Made by a program: the position numbers and the translations under genes. A DNA stretch of 63,437 nt, counting the filler, from Licmophora abbreviata (Eukaryota): the NCBI GenBank assembly GCA_900291995.1. It is 14 parts of 14 records of this genome, joined end to end, with 100 filler letters (N's around TTAATTAATTAA, not from the genome) between each part and the next. Parts side by side here need not be neighbours in the genome. Positions count along the whole stretch, not along the records: positions 20,957 to 38,975 come from OLMU01001712.1; 13 more parts are not named here. One strand, 5' to 3'. The notes under the pieces are model-generated. The model made no database searches, was not told where the DNA came from, and saw only the letters and a program-made list of their open reading frames with translations. Positions 22,699 through 32,033 of the stretch are shown piece by piece. Numbering within the stretch: position 1 is the stretch's first letter; every line of letters begins with the position of its first letter.

Positions 22699-25258
22699 TC
22701 ACGGTTTGATTTCGTACGGTGCTGTCCCTTCCTCGGAGCCCTCGTCGACTGTCTCCTCCAAATCCCCACTGCCGTCATCAAAGATATTGTCCAGACACAT
22801 AGAGAGTCGAGACGATACTGGCGACCACGGATCAATACGGAGACTATTTCGGAACGAGTCCAACGCCAATTGATAGCGCCTTGTTTCGTACTGAATGAGG
22901 CCCAGTCCGTTCATCGCTTGAAAATGGAGAGGCTCCAGGACCAAAGTACGCTCTGTTGCTTCCATGGCCGACTGCATGTTACCCAGCATGAACTGACACG
23001 TCGAAACTTTATTCCAAGCCTCTGCATAGGTTGGATCATCGCCAACCAACTGATTAAATGTAATCAATGCCTTCTCTTTGTTTCCGTGCAGCAATTGTGC
23101 AATCCCAGTATCTAGTTTTTGACGCAGGTCTGGATTTGGATGAACCTTCCAGAGCTCCTTTATGGTCTCCTCGAACACAACTGCGGCGTCCATGGAGTCC
23201 GAAAGTTTGAGTAGCTCCATCAGATTGCCCATGGACAGTTTCTCTACAATGGATGCTAGTGCCCGTTCTTCTTCCAATGATGGATCCTGAATCGCCAGCT
23301 GCAACCGAGTGATTTCGGACCTTATCCAGGAGAAACAAGAAAGCGTGGCGCCATCGTCTTCTATGTGTTCCGCATATTTGAACTGCGATTGATGGAAGAG
23401 AAAAGTGGTGTAAGGCCAAAGACAAAAGTCCTCCTGCAAGAAGATCGGTGTACCACGCGCTCGCACCTTGAGATCGTCCGGTGGGGTATACCTTGCTTCG
23501 GCACTGTTGTATACCCATTCGGGATCCAGATCGACGTTCAAAATCGTTCTTTTCCGAGGACACTGCTCAAGATTGGCTTCGCAGACGTAGCGAAAGGGTC
23601 GCGCAGCACCAAACGCTTCCACACAATCGTTGGAATCTGGGATGACGTGATAGAACGGAAGTTCCGACGCATTCTCAATGTCAACAAGCCCATCCCAGTG
23701 AGACACATCGACCGTAGGCGTGGGATCCCAGGCGACTACCACGCCTCGAAATCCGTATTTGGTGTGCTGTACAATCTCACCCAAGCTGAATCTTATCCGA
23801 TCCCGATTCTCCTCGGCAATCCGTCGCGACCACAATATTTCAGATAGCTCTAATGAAACATTGAGCAAAGCTCGAAGATGCAGTACCGCTAGATCGAAGG
23901 AGGAACGCTCCTCTGACGACAAGAGGTCTCGTTGTGTTAGTACATCACCCTTGGCGAGAGCATCAAGGCGGCTATGAATCTTGACAAGGAGAGGATACCC
24001 ACGCGATTCTTCGTAGATACAACGAGTAAGCCCAGCAGCAAAAGCCTGTATCCCCTCGATGACACCCTGGCCTAATTCATTCCGCCGCAGAGAGACCGTA
24101 TCGCTAGGATCCACTTCTTCCAGGGCCACAGTGTCAATCGGATATTCATACCCTCGAGATTTGTTGGGAATGAAGCACTTCTGCACAGGATCGAAGCGAT
24201 CGAAGTGTTGCTGGATCCAGTTACTGCGTATTCTTAGTAGCCTGCAAAGCAAAGATAGATACGACATATGAAAGTTGGCTCACAGATATTGACATTGATA
24301 AACATCGTCGCACGCAGTCATACCCATCGTCCTTGACCAGCTCCAAGTCTGTCTGCATTGCTACCGGCATGCCCGATGAATTATGCTGTTGCCGCCTGCC
24401 GCCGAGCATGGTCGCATCCCCAGAATCCAACACGATTGTATACTGAATAAGATCTTGCTCCTCAGAATCTCCTTGATCCAGCGATTCCAGTGGATCGCCA
24501 GAGAGCTTCTCGTCCCGTTCGTAGCTCTTCATGGTCAAAGACGTCCTGTTCGATGACGGCTCGATACGTTGCCATCCAGCAACGACCCCTCGCCAACGTT
24601 CCGTCTTGTGTTGCACGACTTGACCGATGAGGAATGACACCCCCTCTCGATCCAAATGCTTCTCTCGCTGTACCTTCATATCCACCAGTGCCTGCGTCAG
24701 TTCATTCAACGATTTCAGAGCTTCAAACGCAATCGACGTCCGTTGTTGGAAAGTTGCCTTATCAATCTCTTTATCAAGCTGGTTCATTCGAAACACAGCA
24801 CGAAGCAGCTGTCCCACATGAGATGCACGATGGATGGGTACAAGCAACCTATGTGACTCCACTTGACTCCTGGGCGGTAGCATGGTCAGAATCCGTGCGA
24901 ATTCTGGATCTAGCGTGGTGGTGTCTTGTAGTGTTTCCTCTGCCTTCCTATCGCCGCCGGCACTCCTCGCGAGTTCCTTCAGCGACTCGGGCGATACTGC
25001 GTGCGGCGGTTGGAGTGTTACAGGTGGCACTACATTGGACAAGGGAATCTCGTCGTCCGCATCATGCGACCACCGTAGAAGCTGTCGATACAAGGTCCGT
25101 CCCAGGCGCTCTCCGCCGTGAGAAGAAGAAGAAGAAGAAAAGACACGTAGTGCCATTGTGATACCATTGCAATTTGAGTTTGCAAACTGGGTGATGGGTG
25201 TCCGCGAGGATAGACGTCTCAGGACGGTCACCCGAGAATTTAACATCCGACTGATCAT
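22699..25258 (-). CDS. Mitochondrial-type protein with LYR-like N-terminus, two YccV/HspQ (hemimethylated-DNA-binding-like) domains and C-terminal TPRs (introns 24242-24323 and 23383-23466)
   Basis: R/S-rich presequence. YccV motifs FLIGQVVQHKTERWRGVVAGW and FSLGEIVQHTKYGFRGVVVAWD..PFYHVI..RYVCEANL. TPRs PTYAEAWNK, EPLHFQAMNGLGLIQY, SLRIDPW. GT-AG introns keep the frame. Confidence 0.8.
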
Positions 25259-25598
25259 GGTTGATGTGTCTGATGTATCGTTTGCTGCGGTTGAGGCTAC
25301 GGCACTATCAGTTCTCTGTGATGAGATTGGCCAACGGATCGGGTCTATAGCGTCATGGTCGCGACCACATTCTTGTTGCGGTTGGGGGTGACGCGATCTC
25401 GGATTGATTGATTCGCGGCAGAGAAGGACACTTCCGGTCGACGGCCAGAGTGACGGTTGGTTTTCGCGCCCTCATCGCGCCGTACACGCATACGTAGCAA
25501 CCTACGGCGGTTTCGAATTTGGAACGGGAGCCTCACCCGCCCACGGCGCGACGCGTCGCTGCCTTCACTGTGTTTTGCCACATACCACACACACCACC

Positions 25599-27278
25599 AT
25601 GACAGCAATGATGCTGCGTTCTCGCATTTGCCTGGGCCGAGCGGCCGCCGCGACTCTCGTAAGTTACTTGCTCTTCGTGTCTCCCCTCTTTGTAACGTCT
25701 TCTCCTGCGTATCGTACTCGTGGAAGAGGAGGAAGCAATAACAAGGAGGAAGTAGACAGCGAACAATCCCCCAAACATCAACAACAACAACATGATGGTA
25801 TGACTGCTGCTGACGTCGTTGTCGATTCCACGGATGTTCACATCCAGGTATCTCCGAACCATCCATCGCAGCGACAGAGCTCCGCTGTGGTCGACTCGTT
25901 CTTTCGAGCTCCATCCTCCGCTGAGGCTCATTCGAAAAGTTACGGCAAGACATTCACAGTCGGGCCGGCAACTTGACCGACTACTTGATTTCGACACGAC
26001 GGACCTTGCATCGTCATCCGGAACTCATGTATCAAGAACGTGAGACATCGGCGATTGTACAAGAGCGACTGAGGGAACTGGATGTTGTCTATTCCACAGG
26101 ATGGGCTGTCAATACGCACCCAGACGTGATTGCGGGGAAAGGAGGTTATGGTATCGTGGCAGACATTGGGACTGGAAGCGAGCCTTGTGTGTTGCTTCGC
26201 GCAGACATGGACGCTCTTCCCATTTTGGAGCGAACAGAAGGTATTGAAGATTTTAAATCGCAAAAGCCGGGGACCATGCACGCATGTGGCCATGATGCGC
26301 ACACTACGATGCTCCTGGGAGCAGCGGCAATGCTCAAGCAGGTGGAAGATAGTCTGCAAGGGACTGTACGCGTCATGTTCCAGCCGGCGGAAGAAGGTGG
26401 TGCTGGAGCCAAGCGCATGAGAGAGGAGGGCATCTTGGAGATGGCACCTAAACCTCAACACGCGTTTGGCATGCATGTTTGGCCGACGTGAGTTATTTCG
26501 ATTGTTTTCGTTTTGTTTTGGGTGTGTATTGATATAATGCTTACACACTTCGTTCTTTAGCATTCCTTCCGGTTCCGTTGCTTCTCGTCCAGGACCTTTG
26601 CTAGCGGCTTGCGAACGTTTTGAAATTCTAATTGCTGGCGTTGGCGGTCATGCTGCCATGCCGGAGTTGACAGTAGACCCCATCGTTGCAGCTTCCTCCA
26701 TTGTTATGAACTTGCAAACTTTGGTTTCTCGAACGCTCAGTCCCTTGGAGAGCGGTGTGTGCAGTATCACCAAAATGCAAGCTGGAGAAGCATTCAACAT
26801 TATTCCTGCTTCGGCGCTGCTACGTGGTACGATTCGTGCCCTGAGCACCGAAACCCTGCTGTCTTTGAGAGATCGCGTCCATCACGTGGTAACAACCACG
26901 GCGGCAGTCCACGGATGCAATGTTACCATAACATACAGCCCCGACTACTACCCACCTACAGTGAATGATCCTCTTTTATTTGAAGACTTTTCAAAGGATG
27001 TGGGTGCACTGGTGTCAGAAGAAGGCCGTGTGCGGGACATTGAACCGACCATGGGCGCTGAAGACTTTTCGTTCGTCGCAGAGAACGTGCCATCAACATT
27101 CTTTTTGCTGGGCCAGGGCAGCGGCGAAAATCCCCCCACTCACTATGGACTGCATCATCCTCATTTTGCCTTGGACGAAAGTGTCTTGACGAGAGGAGTG
27201 GAACTGCATGCGAATCTTGCCATACGAGCTTTGAAGAAGCTCGCTGACGAACAGGAAGCTGTCGTCGCTTCCTCGTGA
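25599..27278 (+). CDS. Peptidase M20D amidohydrolase (IAA-amino acid hydrolase ILR1/hippurate hydrolase-like); frameshift near 25925, intron 26488-26560
   Basis: RRTLHRHPELMYQE, LRADMDALP, MHACGHDAH, FQPAEEG, GGHAAMP, MGAEDF, GLHHPHF.LDE. N-terminal signal-like segment lies in a different frame upstream of the indel. Confidence 0.9.
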
Positions 27279-27348
27279 TATCTGGCTACTTGCCGCTCTT
27301 AGAGATAGAATGATCGTCATTTGACACTATGGATTAGGACGAAATGAG

Positions 27349-28143
27349 CTACATGTCGGCGAGACAGGTTCGACACGGGTGCAACCCTTGATCGGTAGCC
27401 TCGCTAGCTTTTAGGGGACGGAGATTTCTTGACTGCCTCACATGCCTGCACGTTGGTTTGTGATACGCCGATCCAAACTTGGTAGCCACCACATTGAGAT
27501 CACGAAAGTTGCTCCAAATGCCGCGACCGGCAGTCCTCGCTTTCCGCTGCAAAATGAGCATCTTTCTTAGGTTTGGCAATCTGGTATTTTTCTTGGCGAG
27601 GTAAACAGTCGCAAGTCCTTCCGAGACTAGCCCTTCGTTAACACACATGTATCCCGACTCCAAAGGGACCCACACTAATGCAAGCCATCGCCCGTACTTG
27701 TCTTCTTTTTCATCGCTAGGAAAGGTGAGATAGATCTCACGTCTATGACAATAGTCCTTCGCGTACTGCTTCGCTTCTGGTGCAAAAGCTTGCTTTTCCG
27801 CCAGCTCCGGCGTGTCTATTCCAAGGAATCGAACCCGTTTTGAGTTCGTCAATGTCAGGGTGTCTCCATCGTACACATTTCGAACGGTATATTTGGTCGC
27901 GTCTGTAGGAAGGCTGACATAGACGCCAGGAACATGTAAACTTCCGGTTCCACGATTGGACAACTTCCGCTGCTGCTTTTGAATGGTGGGATCTTCCTTT
28001 GCCGTATGCTTGACGACAGTCTCGGGTGGAGTGGGCGTGTCGGCAACGATACTTGCCCAGCTCTTGGCGTCGCAAAAAGCATCTTGACTTTGTGTCGTAG
28101 CTGCGACGACGAGAAAAACCGTCAAAATGAGTCGCGGCATCAT
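27349..28143 (-). CDS. Secreted staphylococcal-nuclease-like (thermonuclease) protein with C-terminal Ada-type Zn-binding domain
   Basis: Signal peptide. SNase motifs VYDGDT, VRFLGIDTPE, DKYGRWLA, VNEGLVSEGLA, ARTAGRGIW. C-terminal AYHKPTC...ASEATDQGLHPCRTC. Confidence 0.88.
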   Translation of the reverse strand: MMPRLILTVFLVVAATTQSQDAFCDAKSWASIVADTPTPPETVVKHTAKEDPTIQKQQRKLSNRGTGSLHVPGVYVSLPTDATKYTVRNVYDGDTLTLTNSKRVRFLGIDTPELAEKQAFAPEAKQYAKDYCHRREIYLTFPSDEKEDKYGRWLALVWVPLESGYMCVNEGLVSEGLATVYLAKKNTRLPNLRKMLILQRKARTAGRGIWSNFRDLNVVATKFGSAYHKPTCRHVRQSRNLRPLKASEATDQGLHPCRTCLADM

Positions 28144-28542
28144 GGTAGTCGTCTCTTCAGAGAGGGATAAGGTCGCCGCTGTGTTGCTGCTGTCGTCGCG
28201 GTATCGCCAAAGACGGTACTGATGTGGACGGGACTGGTGCTCTCATTACATTGTCACATCACATCATGGCAAAAACACGTCTGACCGCCTGTTTTGTTGG
28301 CACAAATTCGGGGTTTCTTGAAACGCTTGAATCAGGAGGCGGGCGGACGGGCGCGCCAAATTTTGAACGAACTTCCTCACTTTGGCGGGAAGTTCAAAAC
28401 ATGCCGGCGGCGCCGTTCCAAAGAACGATGGCGTGCGCGTTCAACAGAAGAGTACACAGCGTCTTGCTCCTTTGGCTTTGATTCGTCAGGCGGCCTCAGC
28501 TCGTTTGCCTACGACCCTTGAAGCTACTTAGTTCAGTCTGCC

Positions 28543-29895
28543 ATGTCTCGTCACGGTGATATTTCAAGCTCGGAAGGTAAGAGAAACACGTGGCGCGAGA
28601 ACTCGAGTGCAGCTTTCCAGCGTGAATCTGACGACCGTTTGCGCCCTCCCCACGGCCGATCTTTGCGGTAGATACGGTCGGCGTCTGTGTCTTTCAGTAT
28701 CCTATGCCTCGTCTCCACACCTTGGACGAGGTGATGGAAAACGCCGAGAAGATCTGTGAGGTTGTCAAGGGCACAAAGATGGGTCTCCCTGGAATGGACT
28801 TGATTATCTTTCCCGAGTATTCCACCATGGGAATCATGTACGATCGTCAGGAAATGTTCGATACTGCCAGTGAAATCCCGGGCCCGCTTACTGATATGTT
28901 TGGTGAGGCGTGCAAGGAAGCGGGTGTCTGGGGAGTCTTTAGTCTCACGGGCGAACGTCATGAGGAGCACCCAAAGAAGAATCCCTACAACACACTTGTC
29001 TTGATCAACGACCAAGGTGAAATCGTTCAAAAGTATCGTAAGCTCTTGCCTTGGACTCCTATTGAAGGCTGGACTCCCGGAAATCTCGGTACGTCCGTGA
29101 CGGAAGGTCCAAAGGGAATGAAAGTGTCCATGATTATCTGCGACGATGGAAACTACCCGGAAATATGGAGAGATTGTGCCATGCGAGGCGCGGAACTTGT
29201 TATTCGTCCCCAAGGATACATGTATCCTGCCAAGGAACAGCAGGTGCTTGTGTCAAAGACAATGGCGTGGTGCAACCAAGTGTACGTGGCGGTGGCGAAT
29301 GCAGCAGGATTCGACGGTGTGTATACGTACTTTGGTCACAGTGCCATTATTGGCGCGGACGGGCGGACGCTGGGTGAGTGCGGAACCGAAGCCAATGGTA
29401 TCCAGTATGCCCAACTGAGTATCTCTGGCATACGTGATGCTCGTGCCAATGACCAATCCCAGAATCAGCTCTTCAAATTGACCCACCGGTGAGTACGCTA
29501 GTTGCATTGCCTATCACACGCTACAAGTCGTGTTCTCGATAGTGTCGTCCAGGCTAATCCAGACTGTTCTGCCGTATCTAATTCAGTGGCTATACTGGCG
29601 TGTATGCAAACGGCGATGGCGACAAAGGGGTAGCAGAGTGCCCGTTCGAATTCTACAATACGTGGGTGACGAACCCAAAGCTGGCCCAGAAAATGGCAGA
29701 GGGCGTCACTAGATCTACGATTGGAGTCACGTGTTGCCCTGTGGTACGTTATACCATGCAATGGATCTATACCCTTTTCTCTACACACGCAACTCACAAA
29801 CTTCTTCGCGTACGCTTGCGTAACAGGCCGGTATCCCCGCTCCAGTAGATACCAACGACATCGAAGAGTTGACGAACGAGTTGAACCTGACTTAA
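28543..29895 (+). CDS. amiE: Aliphatic amidase (nitrilase superfamily), AmiE-type; 4 exons 28543-28576, 28672-29488, 29587-29743, 29827-29895
   Basis: Spliced N-terminus [15 protein letters not shown]...MPRLHT. Catalytic triad motifs [19 protein letters not shown], and C-terminal [15 protein letters not shown] match bacterial AmiE closely. Confidence 0.95.
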
Positions 29896-29995
29896 ATGGA
29901 GCAGTTAGATATCTTCTGGTCTATGGCACCGTGCCATACGTTGCTAATGTACTAGCGGCGTTGTTTGAAAGAGTTTCAGTAGCCTAGCAGGTCAC

Positions 29996-30021
29996 GAGAG
30001 AGAGAGAGTGTGTGTGTGTGT
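29996..30021. repeat. Compound (AG)n(TG)n microsatellite
   Basis: gagagagagagagtgtgtgtgtgtgt read directly. Confidence 0.85.
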
Positions 30022-30184
30022 ATCTTGAGACGTACTAAACATTACTCACTTTTCTCACTCCGTTAGGCTGTGGCATGTCCTTCGTACGACGAGAGCTCGC
30101 GCATCCGAGCGAGATTTTGATTTTGGCGCCAAACTTTTTCGTCTTCTTCGTGCGTCACATCTCAAGTTCCCCGTTGCATCGACC

Positions 30185-30955
30185 ATGGTGTTGATGCCAC
30201 CATCCACGACTATTTCCGCGAGCCGCATCATCATGATGAGACGGAGATACCCTGCTGTGGTACTCTTACTCTGTTGCCGATCGCTCTCATCGTCGGCATT
30301 GAAAATTGCCGTCATCACTGGGACAACTAGAACAGAGGGCCCGCCGAAGCCAATTCTCGGCCCGAGAGTAGCATCGTTCGTCCAGTTGTCACTGGAAAAA
30401 CGAGGCAACGAAGTGACAGTGATCGATCCACGAGAGATGGATATAAATTTGTTGCAAAAGCCGCATTTTTCCTATGCCAAGAGCCAGGTACCCGACTTGC
30501 TCAAAGAGATTCATGCCGTGCTCGAGAAGGCCGATGCATATGTAGCGGTGACTCCCGAGTACAACCATGCGCCGTCGCCGGCCTTGCTGAATGTTTTGAA
30601 CCATTTTGGCTCGTCAACGTTTGGGTTCAAGCCAAGTGCGATTGTGAGCTATTCCGCGGGACAGTGGGGTGGCACGAGAGCCGCACACTCGCTACGACCC
30701 ACATTGTCTGAGCTTGGTTGTATTCCAGTGTCGGCCATGATACACGTACCAATGGCACAGGAAGTATTTTCTGAAGACGGGACAGTTCTGGGAGGTCCTG
30801 AAGAGGAGAAACGATGGGGAGGATACATGGATCGATGTTTCTCCCAGCTTCAATGGTGGGGAGAAGCTGCCAAGCAGCATCGTGTCGACGTAGATCCGTT
30901 TGAGTCTTCCCCAGCCTTTCAATCCAGCCCCTCTCAGAGGAACGCGCCTTCATAA
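30185..30955 (+). CDS. NAD(P)H-dependent FMN reductase (flavodoxin-like fold)
   Basis: KIAVITGTTR, ADAYVAVTPEYNHAPSPALLNVL, KPSAIVSYSAGQWGGTRA. N-terminal signal-like segment; exact start uncertain. Confidence 0.9.
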   Translation: MVLMPPSTTISASRIIMMRRRYPAVVLLLCCRSLSSSALKIAVITGTTRTEGPPKPILGPRVASFVQLSLEKRGNEVTVIDPREMDINLLQKPHFSYAKSQVPDLLKEIHAVLEKADAYVAVTPEYNHAPSPALLNVLNHFGSSTFGFKPSAIVSYSAGQWGGTRAAHSLRPTLSELGCIPVSAMIHVPMAQEVFSEDGTVLGGPEEEKRWGGYMDRCFSQLQWWGEAAKQHRVDVDPFESSPAFQSSPSQRNAPS

Positions 30956-31182
30956 GAGCGCAATGGCGACGAAGTACGATGCAGGTGACGAGAATCTGAG
31001 ATGCGCATTTTGGTGGGTTTCCCATCATTTCCTTGCGCCCGCTTGCGCTTGCTTTGGATTGCAGCGGCCCAAAGCCGTTGACTGTGAAGTTCACGATCAT
31101 TAATTCGTCATGAACAGAAGGAAACGAAGCACGTGCACTAGAAATAAAAGCATCCTTTAAATCATGTCTTTTCGGATATCAA

Positions 31183-31644
31183 TTAAACATCTGCGACCTT
31201 GTCTGTATCGCAATCGCTCACATGATCATCTCGAATAAGTTGAACGACTTGGTCCATGAGATGATTTGGAATCGGTACTGTGAGATGGAACTGTGAAATT
31301 TTCCATTTATTTTCTTCTCGGATCAAAACTCCCGAGCTTCTCGTTTCCCCGAATCGTTCATTCTGCAGAATCTCGTCAAACCAAGCAACATGTTGCGGCG
31401 ACGACGCATAGAAGGAAACGTGTCGGCGCACAGGACGATACGTCCATCCCTGACCGCGGTTGAAATGTGGCATGGCATATCTGCGAAATTCCGCCACAGT
31501 CCATCGCTCACTGGCATCCGTGCCGAGAAAGACGCCATCGGTAGCAAACAAGCCAAAGTACGTGCCGGCGTCGGCTCTGGATGCGGAAGCATGGAACAAG
31601 TCGAGCGTTTGTTCGATCGACAAAGAGGCAGGAGGTATTGACAT
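31183..31644 (-). CDS. SnoaL-like (NTF2-fold) domain protein, bacterial type
   Basis: LDLFHASASRAD..YF...DGVFLGTDASERW...AWFDE.L....G..RSSGVL....WKISQFHLTVPIPN. Confidence 0.82.
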   Translation of the reverse strand: MSIPPASLSIEQTLDLFHASASRADAGTYFGLFATDGVFLGTDASERWTVAEFRRYAMPHFNRGQGWTYRPVRRHVSFYASSPQHVAWFDEILQNERFGETRSSGVLIREENKWKISQFHLTVPIPNHLMDQVVQLIRDDHVSDCDTDKVADV

Positions 31645-32033
31645 GGGGAAGACGAGGTTTAGGAAGGTAACACCTAGACGATCGGCGTATCCTACAAGCT
31701 GTACTGAGCTGGTCTGGAATGACCCCGCGATGCCTATTGTTGTGATGATGCACGCCGTCGTGTATGGCCATTGCCATCACACAAGACACAAAAGATCCAA
31801 AATCCAATGATCACAATTTTGGCGCGCCGGCCAGCGAGTCAAAGTAGTCGTCGTGGTGTGATTGACAATAAAAGAGCGCGCGCTGCTGTGATGCGAGTTC
31901 GAAGCTCGACGATGCGCTTCGACGTCTCAACCGCCGACACAATAACACACAACATCACAGGTTCAAAGTCCCAGTGTACCTCAGATCTCGCCGTGCTGTC
32001 GACGCTGCGAGACAGAATCACCTAAGGTTGCTC

